A stretch of DNA of 64,000 bases, taken from positions 3,427,435 to 3,491,434 of the forward strand of contig OZ253501.1 in assembly GCA_965262145.1 (NCBI GenBank). The letters are read 5' to 3'. Made by a program: the position numbers and the translations under genes. The notes below the pieces were generated by a model. That model ran no database searches and was not told where the DNA came from. It saw only the letters and a program-made list of their open reading frames with translations. Position 1 is the first letter of the stretch; the number at the start of each line of letters is the position of its first letter. Of the stretch, positions 46,914-58,179 are shown piece after piece. This DNA comes from Candidatus Latescibacterota bacterium. GTDB lineage: Bacteria > Latescibacterota > UBA2968.

Positions 46914-48662
46914 ATGCCAGAACATATCTTTCACATCCGCACGCTCGCATGGCACATTGTGTTCACCCTGTGCCTTCCCGCGCTCCTATTGGCACAACCG
47001 CCCGCCATCCACACCGAAAGCGAAGCCGAAGCGTATAACGACTTGTTGCGCGACCTCGAAGGCATAAGCCTCGAACTCAATCGCGCGAGCGCGGAAGACC
47101 TGCTCATTTTGCCCGGTCTCACCCCAGAACTCGCCCAACAAATCATCGCCCATCGCCCCTATCGCACCCTCGAAGAACTCTCCCAGGTGCAGGGTCTATC
47201 GGAAGAACACATCGACCTGATCGCACCCTATCTGTCCCTCGCCCCCTCGCGCCCATGGCGTTTGCAATACACAACCCGCGTCACGCGCCCTTCCAAACGC
47301 GCCAATAGCTTTGGCGACATGCGTCTCTACCAGCGGCTCGAAATCGCTTCGCCCGCACGCCTCTCTGCCTTTTTCCTGACCGAGCGCGACCCAGAAGAAC
47401 CCACCATCACCGATCACGTCACCGGATATATTGCCCTGCCCCTTTCTCGCGTCAACATCATCCTCGGAGATGTGCGTCCAGAATGGGGACAGGGATTGCT
47501 TTTTTCGCGCCGCACCCGCAGCGCGACCGGCCTGAGCTATGCACGCGCCCGCTCTGCCACACAATCGGGCAATCGCACCAGTACAGAACACGGTGCCCTG
47601 CGCGGCATTTGCCTGAGCGGCTCACACGCTCACCTCTTTTGGAACTTGATGTATGGCCAAATGACCTGGGATGCGACCTTTGGCTCTGATACGCGCATCT
47701 ACACCAGCGGCCTTCACCACACCGAAACCTCACAAGCGCGCAAAAACGCACTCCGCGAACGCCTCACAGGCGCGAACATAGCCATTGGCTCCTCGCAAAA
47801 ACACATTGGATTGGCAATCCTCAACACGGCCTTCTCATCCACTGCATCTGACATAACCGGCGAGTCCGCCGTACCGCGCACCGCTCGGGCAGGTGCGTTA
47901 CTCAGCCTCAACGGCCTCTACCGCACCAAACACGTCGCCCTTTTTGGCGAAATCGCTCCCAGGGCTTTCATAACCGGCCTCGTCGCTGGCACGCCTATCC
48001 TGCGTCTCCGCCTCATCGGCAGAGGCTATGGCGCCAGCTTTCACAGTTTGCACGGCGCACCTTATGCCGCATATGGCTCTCCGCCCAACAACGAATGGGG
48101 CGCATTTTTTGGCCTGACCTGGCGCGTGTCCAAACGCAGCCGCCTCGATATCGCCCTGGACCGCCACGGCCGCCTCAGGCCAGAGAAAAGCGCACTGCCA
48201 GAACGAGGCGCTCGCCTGCGGCTCAATTTTGCCCACCGCTTCAGCAGGGGTTTTTCTGCGCGCTTAACCGCCGATGCCAGAAGTGCCACAAATCGCGTAC
48301 CCCGCCAAAGTCTTCGCCTCGTGCTCACCTACAAACACCCCAACCGCGCCATGACCACCTGGCTCCAGCGTGCTCGCGCCGGCACATCGGGAGACGCCGC
48401 CGGACTTCGCCTCCAACTCGGCAAATCAACGGGCTTCTCCCTCGCAATTTGGGCCACCCACCACAAAATCTCATCCTACAACGCGCGTATCTACGACATT
48501 GAACCCGATGTCTGGGGCGGCATACGCTTGCTCACCCTCTCGGGAGACGGCACCAATCGCGGCCTGCGCCTCACCTGGGCAACCGCGCATTTCCGCCTAT
48601 CAACGCGCTACAGCCACCACCGCACCTCCTCGTGGTCCGCACAACTCGACCTCAAGCGTTAG
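46914..48662 (+). CDS. ComEA-like helix-hairpin-helix domain protein with a probable beta-barrel C-terminal region
   Basis: ASAEDLLILPGLTPELAQQIIAHRPYRTLEEL; signal peptide. Confidence 0.55.
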   Translation: MPEHIFHIRTLAWHIVFTLCLPALLLAQPPAIHTESEAEAYNDLLRDLEGISLELNRASAEDLLILPGLTPELAQQIIAHRPYRTLEELSQVQGLSEEHIDLIAPYLSLAPSRPWRLQYTTRVTRPSKRANSFGDMRLYQRLEIASPARLSAFFLTERDPEEPTITDHVTGYIALPLSRVNIILGDVRPEWGQGLLFSRRTRSATGLSYARARSATQSGNRTSTEHGALRGICLSGSHAHLFWNLMYGQMTWDATFGSDTRIYTSGLHHTETSQARKNALRERLTGANIAIGSSQKHIGLAILNTAFSSTASDITGESAVPRTARAGALLSLNGLYRTKHVALFGEIAPRAFITGLVAGTPILRLRLIGRGYGASFHSLHGAPYAAYGSPPNNEWGAFFGLTWRVSKRSRLDIALDRHGRLRPEKSALPERGARLRLNFAHRFSRGFSARLTADARSATNRVPRQSLRLVLTYKHPNRAMTTWLQRARAGTSGDAAGLRLQLGKSTGFSLAIWATHHKISSYNARIYDIEPDVWGGIRLLTLSGDGTNRGLRLTWATAHFRLSTRYSHHRTSSWSAQLDLKR

Positions 48663-48939
48663 CCACTCAGTACCCCGCCTCCCAAGCGGTCAGCAGTCAG
48701 CAGCCAGCTCTCTCAGCCACAGCATCCACCTCTTATCTTTCATCTTTCTTCTTTTACATATTATTTTTTATTGACTAATCAACCGCTTTTATATTATCAT
48801 ACCTCAGATTAGAGCACACAAGAACACGCACCCACAACAGAAAGGAGGAAATCTCTCGTAAGTTGTTGTGCTCAATATCACATCCATTTGGCACGGGCAC
48901 TTTGCGTGTCTCATTCACCCTCTTCTGGAGGAAATTTCA

Positions 48940-49755
48940 ATGATGTATCGACATCTCCCCTTTGTTCTTGTCCTCCTCATTGCATGCAGCTATAGCACGA
49001 GTGATGCGGTCCATCACAAAATGAGCGAGAAAAAAAGTGAAAGCACCGAAACAGTGACCATCTCCGATGCCAGCCTGCGCGCGGTCATTGCAGATTCTCT
49101 CAACAAGGCGAGCGATGCGGCGATCACCGCGGCTGAAATGGCGACTTTAACCATTCTCAGGGCACCAAATTCAGACATCAGCGATTTGACCGGACTCGAG
49201 CATGCCACCAATCTGACAGCGCTGTATCTTGGCCAGGCGCGCGTGGATAATAAGGTCGTCAACAGCAACGCCATCTCGGATATTGCGCCGCTGTCGGGTT
49301 TGACCAAGTTGAGAACGCTGAATCTTTCTCGCAATAAGGTGTCTGACCTCTCGCCGCTTTCTGATTTAACCAACCTGAGGTCGCTGAATCTCAGTGTGAA
49401 CCGCATCATTTCGGATCTTGCGCCGCTTTCTGGCTTGACCAAGCTGAGAACGCTGAATCTTTTCACCAACAAAATCTCGGATATTGCGCCACTGTCGGGT
49501 TTAACCGCCCTGAGAACACTGAGCCTTACCCGCAACACCATATCGGACGTCTCGGCGCTGTCGGGCTTAACCGATTTGAAAAGACTGACTCTCAGGAACT
49601 GCGGCCTCTCGGATATTGCGCCACTGGTTGCAAATACGGGATTGGGCGATGAAGACACTGTTGATTTGAGGGACAATTCCCTAAACGAGGCATCGATGAA
49701 CACGCATGTTCCCGCCTTAAAAGAAAGAGGCGTTAAGGTAAATACCGACAGCTAA
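48940..49755 (+). CDS. leucine-rich-repeat (LRR) lipoprotein, paralog A
   Basis: MMYRHLPFVLVLLIACSYS lipobox, with GGAGGA before the ATG. Repeated LxxLxLxxNxISDIAPLSGLTxL units. Confidence 0.8.
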   Translation: MMYRHLPFVLVLLIACSYSTSDAVHHKMSEKKSESTETVTISDASLRAVIADSLNKASDAAITAAEMATLTILRAPNSDISDLTGLEHATNLTALYLGQARVDNKVVNSNAISDIAPLSGLTKLRTLNLSRNKVSDLSPLSDLTNLRSLNLSVNRIISDLAPLSGLTKLRTLNLFTNKISDIAPLSGLTALRTLSLTRNTISDVSALSGLTDLKRLTLRNCGLSDIAPLVANTGLGDEDTVDLRDNSLNEASMNTHVPALKERGVKVNTDS

Positions 49756-49912
49756 ATGCCTGTTGGGACCTACCCCCTAACCCCCTTTCCACGAGGAAGG
49801 GATCATGTTTTCCCTCCCTGTATCGAGGGACAGAATTAGTTTTAAAACGACTTCTGAGAAGTTCACAGTTCCATTCACCGTCACACGAAAAATCCATTTG
49901 GAGGAAAAAACC

Positions 49913-50692
49913 ATGACGTATCGACATCTTCCCCTGATCCTCGCACTCCTCATTGCATGCAGCTATGGCGCGAGTGACGCCGCCCATCACAAAGCCAACG
50001 AGCAAAAAAGCGAAAGCGCTAAACAAATGGAGCCAAAACCAGTCATGATTGCCGATGCCAATCTGCGCGCAGTTGTTGCAGATTCTCTGAATATGGCGAG
50101 CGATGCGGTGATTACCACGGCTGACCTGGCAAAACTGAAGCGTCTTGTTGCGCAAAATGCAAACATCAGCGATTTGAGCGGCCTCGAGCATGCCAAAAAT
50201 TTGACAGTACTGAATCTTGGTGCTACGCGCGTAGAAAACAAGGTCGTCAACAGCAACGCCGTCTCTGACCTTTCGGCACTTTCCGGTTTGAAAAAACTGA
50301 GAACGCTGAATCTGACCCGCAATAATGTATCCGACATATCGGCACTTTCCGGTTTGAAAAATCTGAGAATACTGAATCTCAGTGTGAACCGCAACATCTC
50401 TGATATTTCGGCACTTTCTGAGGCGACCAAACTGAGAAATCTGAATCTTTCCGGCAACAAAGTCGCGAATATTTCGGCAGTGTCGGGCATGGCAGAGTTG
50501 AAGACCTTGGGGCTAAACAACAACAAAGTCATGGATATAGCGCCGGCCGCAGGCCTGGCCAAGCTGGAAACACTCAATATCAAGCGCAATGCTCTGAATG
50601 AGGCATCGATGAACATGCATGTTGCCTCCTTGAAGAAAAAAGGCGTTAAGGTAAACATGGATGCCATGGAGTCCATGGACAAAGACAAATGA
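49913..50692 (+). CDS. leucine-rich-repeat (LRR) lipoprotein, paralog B
   Basis: MTYRHLPLILALLIACSYG; same architecture and C-terminal LNEASMNxHVxxLKxxGVKVN as paralog A. Confidence 0.8.
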   Translation: MTYRHLPLILALLIACSYGASDAAHHKANEQKSESAKQMEPKPVMIADANLRAVVADSLNMASDAVITTADLAKLKRLVAQNANISDLSGLEHAKNLTVLNLGATRVENKVVNSNAVSDLSALSGLKKLRTLNLTRNNVSDISALSGLKNLRILNLSVNRNISDISALSEATKLRNLNLSGNKVANISAVSGMAELKTLGLNNNKVMDIAPAAGLAKLETLNIKRNALNEASMNMHVASLKKKGVKVNMDAMESMDKDK

Positions 50693-50780
50693 GATACCTG
50701 TGAAAATCTCAGGTCATAACCAAACGAGTTCGCTCAGTGGTTGCTGGGCGAACTCATTGTCGTTAAAAAGAAAAGACATC

Positions 50781-52598
50781 ATGAAATCAATCGCTGCGAT
50801 AATCGTCCTTATGCTGAGTATCCAAACACCCACAGAAACATTCACACCCCCGGATAGGGATCAGATTCTAATGACCTTAAAACCTGGCCACCCGCGCCTG
50901 ATGATGGATGCAAACACCCTCGCACGCATTAAAAAGCAAATTGCCCAGGACACTGTTGCTGCAAAAACCTATCGCAGGATCAAGCGAGAAACCCAGAAAA
51001 TACTCACGCAGAAACCATCGAAATACAGCATCCCGGACGGAAGGCGGTTGCTCTCCACCAGCCGTCGCGTGAAAGAGCGCGTGCGACAACTGGCCTTTCT
51101 CTATCTCATGGAGGGCGAACAACGCCATTTGGAACGCGCCTGGGCCGAACTCGAAGCCGCAGCGCAATTCAAAGACTGGAATCCCGATCACTTTCTCGAC
51201 ACCGCAGAAATGACTTATGCCTTTGCCCTTGGATACGACTGGTTATATAACCATTGGACAGAAGACCAGCGGCGCGTGCTTCGCAAAGCCATTATTGAAA
51301 AGGGCCTCACCCCCGGCTTGATGGCCTATCGTGAAAACGCCTGGTGGACGCGCAATCACAACAATTGGAACCAGGTGTGCAATGGCGGACTTGGCATGGG
51401 TGCACTCGCCATTGCCGATGAAGAACCAGAACTCGCCAACGAAATTCTCCACGCGAGCGTCAAAAGCATTCCCCTATCGATGCATTTTTACGCACCCGAT
51501 GGCGCGGGTATCGAAGGCGTAACCTATTGGGATTATGGTGCGCGTTACAACGTACTCTTTTTATCCAGCCTGTTCAGCGCACTCGGCACGGATTTTGATC
51601 TCACAGCCACACCCGGGTTCAAAGAAAGCGGAGATTATCAGATTTACATTTCGGGCGCAGATCGCTATAGTTTTGACTTTGCCGATTGCGGGTTGCAACG
51701 CGTGAGTTCCCCCATGCACTTCTGGATGGGCAAGCAATACGACATACAACACTACAGTTGGTTTCGTTACGATACGCTCAGGCAATACGGTAGGGGAACT
51801 GTGCTCGACTTGCTATGGTTCGATGACCGTGCAAAAAACTTTGATCCCAGTACACTGCCCCTCAACAAGCACTTTCGCAAAGCCGATGTCGCCACGCTTC
51901 GCACATCGTGGACCAACCCCAATGCGCTGGTCCTGGGCATTCAGGCCGGCGGCAATTACAATCTGGGCATGCACCGCCACCTGGATCAGGGCACGTTCAT
52001 TCTCGAAGCCCTGGGGCAGCGATGGGCTATCGACTCGGGCACGGAACGCGAAACCTATCAGAGACATCGCAACAAACGCCAACGGTGGGAATTTTATCGC
52101 ATCCGCGCCGAAGGGCACAACACCCTCGTGTTCAACCCGGACAAAGCTCCCGATCAAAATCCCAAAGCCGAATGCCCCATTATCACCTTCAAATCCGAGT
52201 CCAATCACACAACTGCGGTTCTCGATCTCACCGACGTTTATATCGATGATGCAACACGCGCACAGCGCACTTTTGAGATGGTAGACCAAAATCATATCGT
52301 GATTACCGACGACATTAAAACAAAATCACCGTCTGAACTCTGGTGGTTTATGCACACGAGAGCCAGTATCAAAACCGACGGCCAAACCGCCCTTTTAACG
52401 CGCAGGGGCAAACATCTCAAAGCGGAAATTTTATCGCCACCCGACGCGATATTTACCGTTCTCGACGCAACTCCCTTGCCCACCTCCCCCAATCCCAAAC
52501 AAGCCGATAACACGGGACGTAGAAAACTGGCGATTCACTTTACAGATGTCACAACTCTGAAGATCAAAGTAAAACTTACGCCAGAGGTACGACCGTAA
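50781..52598 (+). CDS. heparinase II/III family polysaccharide lyase
   Basis: Start at MKSIAAIIV (signal peptide). WNQVCNGG and central HRHLDQGTF motifs are typical of heparinase II/III-like proteins. Confidence 0.7.
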   Translation: MKSIAAIIVLMLSIQTPTETFTPPDRDQILMTLKPGHPRLMMDANTLARIKKQIAQDTVAAKTYRRIKRETQKILTQKPSKYSIPDGRRLLSTSRRVKERVRQLAFLYLMEGEQRHLERAWAELEAAAQFKDWNPDHFLDTAEMTYAFALGYDWLYNHWTEDQRRVLRKAIIEKGLTPGLMAYRENAWWTRNHNNWNQVCNGGLGMGALAIADEEPELANEILHASVKSIPLSMHFYAPDGAGIEGVTYWDYGARYNVLFLSSLFSALGTDFDLTATPGFKESGDYQIYISGADRYSFDFADCGLQRVSSPMHFWMGKQYDIQHYSWFRYDTLRQYGRGTVLDLLWFDDRAKNFDPSTLPLNKHFRKADVATLRTSWTNPNALVLGIQAGGNYNLGMHRHLDQGTFILEALGQRWAIDSGTERETYQRHRNKRQRWEFYRIRAEGHNTLVFNPDKAPDQNPKAECPIITFKSESNHTTAVLDLTDVYIDDATRAQRTFEMVDQNHIVITDDIKTKSPSELWWFMHTRASIKTDGQTALLTRRGKHLKAEILSPPDAIFTVLDATPLPTSPNPKQADNTGRRKLAIHFTDVTTLKIKVKLTPEVRP

Positions 52599-52691
52599 GC
52601 CTGTGCTTTGGTTGAACTTTGCACTTTGCACTATCTTATTTCTTGCTTAAATTTCCCCTATCCTCTCCCTCCCCATAATAACCTATCTACC

Positions 52692-53933
52692 ATGTCCATC
52701 AAATTTCTACACATTGCCGACACCCATATTGGCGTTGAAAACTACGGCCGTCTCGATTCGGGCACGGGCCTTCACACGCGCTTGCAAGACTTTATCAAAA
52801 GCCTTCGGTTTGCGTTTGAAGAAGCACTGAAAGAAGATGTCGATCTCGTCATCTTCGCCGGTGACGCCTATCGCTCATGTGACCCCACGCCCACGCACCA
52901 GCGCGAATTTGCATCTCTCATTCACATGCTTAGCGCCCGCGAAATCCCCATCGTCATGATCACGGGCAACCACGACAGCCCTGTATCTTATGGCAAAGCC
53001 TCATCCGTTGACATCTTTGGCACATTGGGTACCAGGGGCGTCCACATTGCCTCTGAAGACCGCCTTATCCCTATTGACACAAAATCTGGCCTCATTCAAG
53101 TTGCGTGCTTGCCCTGGCTGCACCGCAGCCGCCTGTTGACCCGGGGCACCTATCACAACCTGTCGCAAGAAGAAGTCGTCGAACAACTTCAAGACCTGGG
53201 TGCCCTTCTGATCGACCGTCTGTCCTCACAGGTTGATCCCTCTATCCCCGCCGTTCTCGCGGGTCATCTCGCCGCTGCTGACGCCACCTTGTCCGGCTCT
53301 GAACAAACCGCAATTATTGGACGCGATCCCGTTTTTCTCACCAGCACACTCGCCAACCCCGCCTTTGACTACGTCGCCCTGGGCCACATCCACAAATTTC
53401 AGGACCTCAACCCCAATGCCCAACCCCCTGTCGTGTATTCGGGCAGCATTGAACGCATTGATTTTGGCGAAGAGCGAGAAACCAAAGGCGTCGTCCTGGT
53501 CACGATAGAGACCCAGGAGACAGGGCGGACGACATCTTACAAATTTGTACGCACACCGGCCCGACCCTTTTGCACAGTATCGGTTGACATCGCTCAAGAC
53601 CAGGACCCCACAATAACTATCCTCGAAGCCATAGGCAAACACACCCTGACCGATGCCATTGTGCGCGTCATCTACGATTTGCCCGCCGACCACACAGATA
53701 CCGTTGATCTCAAAGCCATCAAAAATGCGCTCGAAGACGCGTTCATGATCGCCAGCATTGCGCCCAAACCCAGGGTCCAAAAACACCAGCGCAGGGCCAG
53801 CATTTCAGAAGACATGGGCATCAAAGACGCGCTTCACGCATACTTGCAAAACCACCCCAACCTCAAAGAAATCGAAAAAGATCTTCAGCATTACGGCGCG
53901 CAACTCGAAGCCGAACTCAGAGGTAGCGAATGA
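52692..53933 (+). CDS. sbcD: exonuclease SbcD (Mre11-like)
   Basis: FLHIADTHIG, GDAY and GNHD phosphoesterase motifs. Overlaps sbcC by 4 nt. Confidence 0.85.
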   Translation: MSIKFLHIADTHIGVENYGRLDSGTGLHTRLQDFIKSLRFAFEEALKEDVDLVIFAGDAYRSCDPTPTHQREFASLIHMLSAREIPIVMITGNHDSPVSYGKASSVDIFGTLGTRGVHIASEDRLIPIDTKSGLIQVACLPWLHRSRLLTRGTYHNLSQEEVVEQLQDLGALLIDRLSSQVDPSIPAVLAGHLAAADATLSGSEQTAIIGRDPVFLTSTLANPAFDYVALGHIHKFQDLNPNAQPPVVYSGSIERIDFGEERETKGVVLVTIETQETGRTTSYKFVRTPARPFCTVSVDIAQDQDPTITILEAIGKHTLTDAIVRVIYDLPADHTDTVDLKAIKNALEDAFMIASIAPKPRVQKHQRRASISEDMGIKDALHAYLQNHPNLKEIEKDLQHYGAQLEAELRGSE

Positions 53934-56900
53934 TTCCCATAAGCCTTTCCCTACAAAACTTCCTCAGCTATGGCGAAAACGTGCCCCCCCTCGATTTTTC
54001 GGGCTTTCACGTCGCCTGCATATCTGGCCGCAATGGGCACGGCAAATCTGCCCTGCTCGATGCCATCACCTGGGCACTATGGGGTGAAGCTCGCAAATCC
54101 GGCAGTGAACGCCGTCCCAACGACGGTCTGCTGCGGATTGGTACCACTGAAATGCGGGTCGATTTTGCATTTTTTCTTGAAAATGACCGCTATCGCATCA
54201 GCCGTAGCTTTCGCAAAACCGGCAAAAGCGCAACCTCTCGCCTCGAATTTCAGATTTACTCGCCGGAAACGAACGCGTACAAAACCCTCTCAGAAGAAAG
54301 TGCTGTGCGCCAAACACAAGCCAACATCGATACCCTGTTGAGAATGAAATACGAGACCTTTATCAACTCGGCCTTTCTGCTTCAGGGGCGCGCAGACGAA
54401 TTTACGCGCTGCAAAGCGAGCCAGCGAAAAGCCCTCCTCTCAGACATTCTGGGTTTATCGCATTACGACGACCTGTCTTCCCTGGCGCGAGAGCACGCGC
54501 GTAAGGGAGACGTAGAATTTGCAACTGCTCGCGCAAAAAGAGATGACATCGCGCAGACCATAGAGAAACGCGATGAATTTGTAGCACAGCGCGATAGCGT
54601 CAACGCACACCTCCAGGCCTGCAACAGCGAATTGGAAAGCGCGGAAAATCGCCGTGAAGCATTGAGAAAAATACGCACCCAACGCGAACGCCATGAAGCC
54701 GAGCGTGAGACCCTTCAAAAGGACGTATCGCGCATCGCATCGGACATGCGGGAGCAACAAACCGCGTGTGAAAAAGCGCGACAAGACGTGGCAGCCTATC
54801 GCGCAACCCTCGACAGACGCGCCGAAATCACAAACGCAGCCGAAAAATATCGGGCAATTCAAAAAGAAGACGCAGACCTGCAAAAAAAAATACATGCCCT
54901 GAGGCCACTTGAAAAAAGCGCAGGAGAACTCGATCAAAAAATCGCCGACCAGCGTCACGAAGTGGAACGCCGCCTGGGCGAATGGCAAATACGCATTGGG
55001 GATGCTAAACGCGCATTGCGAGAAACAAAAACACTTCTATCCAATCGCCAAACCATTCAAACACAGGTCGAGGCATTGCACAAAGCAAGGCAACAGGACC
55101 GCGAATGGGAGGAGGTGCGCGAAAACCGAGAGCGCGTTGAGCGCAATATTCGAGATATCGAGCGACAAATAGACAGTGCGGTTGAGGCTATAAAAATAGA
55201 TATCAATACCCGCACACATCAAATGCAACAGACCGACACACTAATAGCCAATATTGAAACGCGCAGAGAAACGCGGCAATCTCTCCGTGCCCAAGCCGAA
55301 GAAATCCAATCCCTCGAAACCCAACGCGATGAGATTCGCAACAAAGGCAATGCCCTCAAAATTCAGATCGAAAATGCTCAGGACCGCCTCAAAACCCTGC
55401 ACCAAACCAGCGAAGACATCGCCCAACAGCAGCAAATTTTACAAAATGTTCAAGATGCTTCGTGTCCCCTGTGTGGCAGCGAACTCGACCAGATCCACCG
55501 CGAAGAAGTAGCGGCTAAACTCTCAAATCAGTTACGAGAACAACAGACTCAAACCGCGCAATTGGAATCGGATATTCAAAAAGCTGAAGCAGAACGCGAG
55601 CAGCGCAGGCATCGCTATCAAGATATTAGAAACCAACTTGCACAGCGCGAAGGCATCGCCCAACACCTCGCCGAAGCCGAAGCTGCAGTGAAAGAAGCGG
55701 AAAATGCCGTGCAAACCCGCGAAATATTGTCGGCTGAAATCAACGCCCTGAAAACTCAATTGCGCGAACAAACCCAGAATAGCCCAGATGCGCGCGCCCT
55801 ATCCCACGCCCAAAGTGCGCTTGAAAACCTGACCTATGACCCGGCCGAACACCGCACCATGCGCGAAAAACTCAAATCCTTCGATGCTGTTGAAGCGCAA
55901 AATGCCCAACTCCAACTCGCTGCAGAACAAGAAAAAAAAATCCTCGTGGAATTGCCCACATTTCGACAAAAACGCGACCTCGCACAACAATGGCTGGACG
56001 AAGCCAAATATGCGCCCAACGAACAAGCAGAACGCGAACAGGTGCGCCAGCGTATCCGTACCCTGAATTACAATGCCGAACACCACCAGCGCATTTCTCA
56101 GCAACTCACCAGCTTGCAAGATGCCCCCACACAATACGAACGCCTTCAAGTGGCCGAACGCGACCTTGAAAATGCACAAACGCAATTCAACACCGCAAAA
56201 AATCGCCTATCGAAACTCACAGAGCGCAACGAGCAAACGCAACAGCGCCTGACAGAACTCACCGCAGCCATCAACCGCGCCGAATCAACCCTTGAAGAAA
56301 CCAATGCCCTGGAAAAAAATATTGCACAGATGCGGTCCAAACGCGATGACCTGCTCCAGCAAAATGCCGCCCTGCAATCCAAAATCGAACACTGCGACGC
56401 GCTCGGCTCAGAACAAACCGCAATCGAAAAAAAAATCAAATCCTGCGAGCGCGATATCCGCATCTATCGCGAACTGACCACAGCGTTTGGCAAAGACGGC
56501 ATTCAGGCACTCATCATCGAACAGGCCATTCCAGAAATCGAAGAAGAGGCCAATCGCATTCTCGCGCGCCTGACAGATAACCGCACACAAATCGCCCTGG
56601 AGTCTCTCCGCGACCTCAAAAGCGGGGGTACGCGCGAAACCCTCGACATCAAAATTAGCGACGAACTCGGCGAACGCAGCTACGAGCTCTATTCGGGCGG
56701 AGAAGCTTTTCGCATTGACTTTTCCATTCGCATTGCTCTGTCCAAACTCCTGGCCCGTCGCACGGGCACGCGCCTGCGCACCCTGGTCATTGACGAAGGC
56801 TTTGGCACCCAGGACACCGAAGGACTCGACCACCTTGTGGAAGCTATCCAGGCCATCAGCGGGGATTTTGAAAAAATTTTGATCATTACCCACATCGAAT

Positions 56901-56980
56901 CGCTCAAACAGGCATTTCCCGTACGTATCGAAGTCACCAAATATCCCGATCTGGGATCGCGCTTTGAGGTACTCTACTAA
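53930..56980 (+). CDS. sbcC: exonuclease SbcC (Rad50-like SMC ATPase)
   Basis: Walker A GRNGHGKSA, long coiled coil with zinc hook CPLCG, signature YSGGEAF, Walker B LVIDEGFG. Confidence 0.9.
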   Translation: MIPISLSLQNFLSYGENVPPLDFSGFHVACISGRNGHGKSALLDAITWALWGEARKSGSERRPNDGLLRIGTTEMRVDFAFFLENDRYRISRSFRKTGKSATSRLEFQIYSPETNAYKTLSEESAVRQTQANIDTLLRMKYETFINSAFLLQGRADEFTRCKASQRKALLSDILGLSHYDDLSSLAREHARKGDVEFATARAKRDDIAQTIEKRDEFVAQRDSVNAHLQACNSELESAENRREALRKIRTQRERHEAERETLQKDVSRIASDMREQQTACEKARQDVAAYRATLDRRAEITNAAEKYRAIQKEDADLQKKIHALRPLEKSAGELDQKIADQRHEVERRLGEWQIRIGDAKRALRETKTLLSNRQTIQTQVEALHKARQQDREWEEVRENRERVERNIRDIERQIDSAVEAIKIDINTRTHQMQQTDTLIANIETRRETRQSLRAQAEEIQSLETQRDEIRNKGNALKIQIENAQDRLKTLHQTSEDIAQQQQILQNVQDASCPLCGSELDQIHREEVAAKLSNQLREQQTQTAQLESDIQKAEAEREQRRHRYQDIRNQLAQREGIAQHLAEAEAAVKEAENAVQTREILSAEINALKTQLREQTQNSPDARALSHAQSALENLTYDPAEHRTMREKLKSFDAVEAQNAQLQLAAEQEKKILVELPTFRQKRDLAQQWLDEAKYAPNEQAEREQVRQRIRTLNYNAEHHQRISQQLTSLQDAPTQYERLQVAERDLENAQTQFNTAKNRLSKLTERNEQTQQRLTELTAAINRAESTLEETNALEKNIAQMRSKRDDLLQQNAALQSKIEHCDALGSEQTAIEKKIKSCERDIRIYRELTTAFGKDGIQALIIEQAIPEIEEEANRILARLTDNRTQIALESLRDLKSGGTRETLDIKISDELGERSYELYSGGEAFRIDFSIRIALSKLLARRTGTRLRTLVIDEGFGTQDTEGLDHLVEAIQAISGDFEKILIITHIESLKQAFPVRIEVTKYPDLGSRFEVLY

Positions 56981-58096
56981 ATGCCCCAACCCGACCGACC
57001 CGCATGGCTCGAAGTAAATCTGTCAGCCATTGCGAACAATATTTCCGCAGTCCGTCATTTCGTCTCGCCAACAACGCAGGTCATGGCCATTGTCAAAGCC
57101 AATGCCTACGGACATGGCCTCATACCCGCTGCAAAAGCAACCATAAAAGGCGGCGCATCTGCACTCGGCGTTGCCCTGCTACAAGAAGGCGTTGCCCTTC
57201 GCAGTGCGGGCGTCACAGCACCAGTTGTCGTACTCGCCCCCACCATGCCCGAACAGGCCGACAGCATCGTTGCCCACAACCTGTCTCAAACCATCGGTCA
57301 TCCCGCCGCGATACCACCGCTGGAAGCCGCGGCCAAGCGCCACAATACACGCGCCCGCATACATCTCAAAGTCGATACCGGCATGGGCCGCCTTGGCCTA
57401 TTACCCGACGAGGCACCTGTTCTTGGAAAAAAAATCGCCGAGAATCCCCACTTATTTTTTGAAGGCATTGCAACACATGTAGCCTGGGAATGCGCAGAAG
57501 ACATGGACAAGGCACGCCATCAGATCAAAACATTCGCCGCCTGCCTGTCCAAACTCACAGACATTTCGGTCCCCTGGCGCCACGCCGCCAACAGCGCCAT
57601 GACCGTTCACATGCCCAAATCGCACTTTGATCTCGTGCGCGTGGGATTGCTCACCTATGGCATTCCTCCCACACAAGGTGCAGGCGCGCTCTCGCTTTCT
57701 CCCGCGCTATCCATCAAAGCGCGGATCGTGCAAGTGCGAAATTTTTCTACCGGCCAAACCCTCAGTTACGGCGGCACATACACGCTCACGCGCCCCTCTC
57801 GCATCGCCCTTGTTCCCCTGGGGTATGCCGATGGCTACAACCATCGTATGTCCAATAAATCCCACGTCCTCATCTGCGGAAAACCCTGCCCGGTTGTCGG
57901 TGCAATCTGCATGGACGTCATCATGATCGATGTCACTGATATACCGCCCGTTTTCGGCGGCGAAGAAGTCGTCCTCCTCGGACAACAGGGTAACCGCAAA
58001 ATCACCGTGAACGACCTCGCCCAATGGGCAAATTGTATTTCGCACGAAGTTGTTTCTCTGCTGGGCGCGCGTCTTCCCCGGCACTATATTTCGTAA
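56981..58096 (+). CDS. alr: alanine racemase
   Basis: AIVKANAYGHG PLP-lysine motif; 371 aa. Confidence 0.9.
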   Translation: MPQPDRPAWLEVNLSAIANNISAVRHFVSPTTQVMAIVKANAYGHGLIPAAKATIKGGASALGVALLQEGVALRSAGVTAPVVVLAPTMPEQADSIVAHNLSQTIGHPAAIPPLEAAAKRHNTRARIHLKVDTGMGRLGLLPDEAPVLGKKIAENPHLFFEGIATHVAWECAEDMDKARHQIKTFAACLSKLTDISVPWRHAANSAMTVHMPKSHFDLVRVGLLTYGIPPTQGAGALSLSPALSIKARIVQVRNFSTGQTLSYGGTYTLTRPSRIALVPLGYADGYNHRMSNKSHVLICGKPCPVVGAICMDVIMIDVTDIPPVFGGEEVVLLGQQGNRKITVNDLAQWANCISHEVVSLLGARLPRHYIS

Positions 58097-58179
58097 AACT
58101 TGAACATTGTTTCTATCTCCAAATCCTGTTATCTTTATTTTTCGTTATTCCCAATCCCCCCTTTCTCCTGGGTATCGTT

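Noticed and set aside
49014-50688. The 229-aa and 233-aa minus-strand ORFs.
   Set aside because: They are antisense to the two LRR genes. The open frames are a by-product of the periodic repeat sequence.
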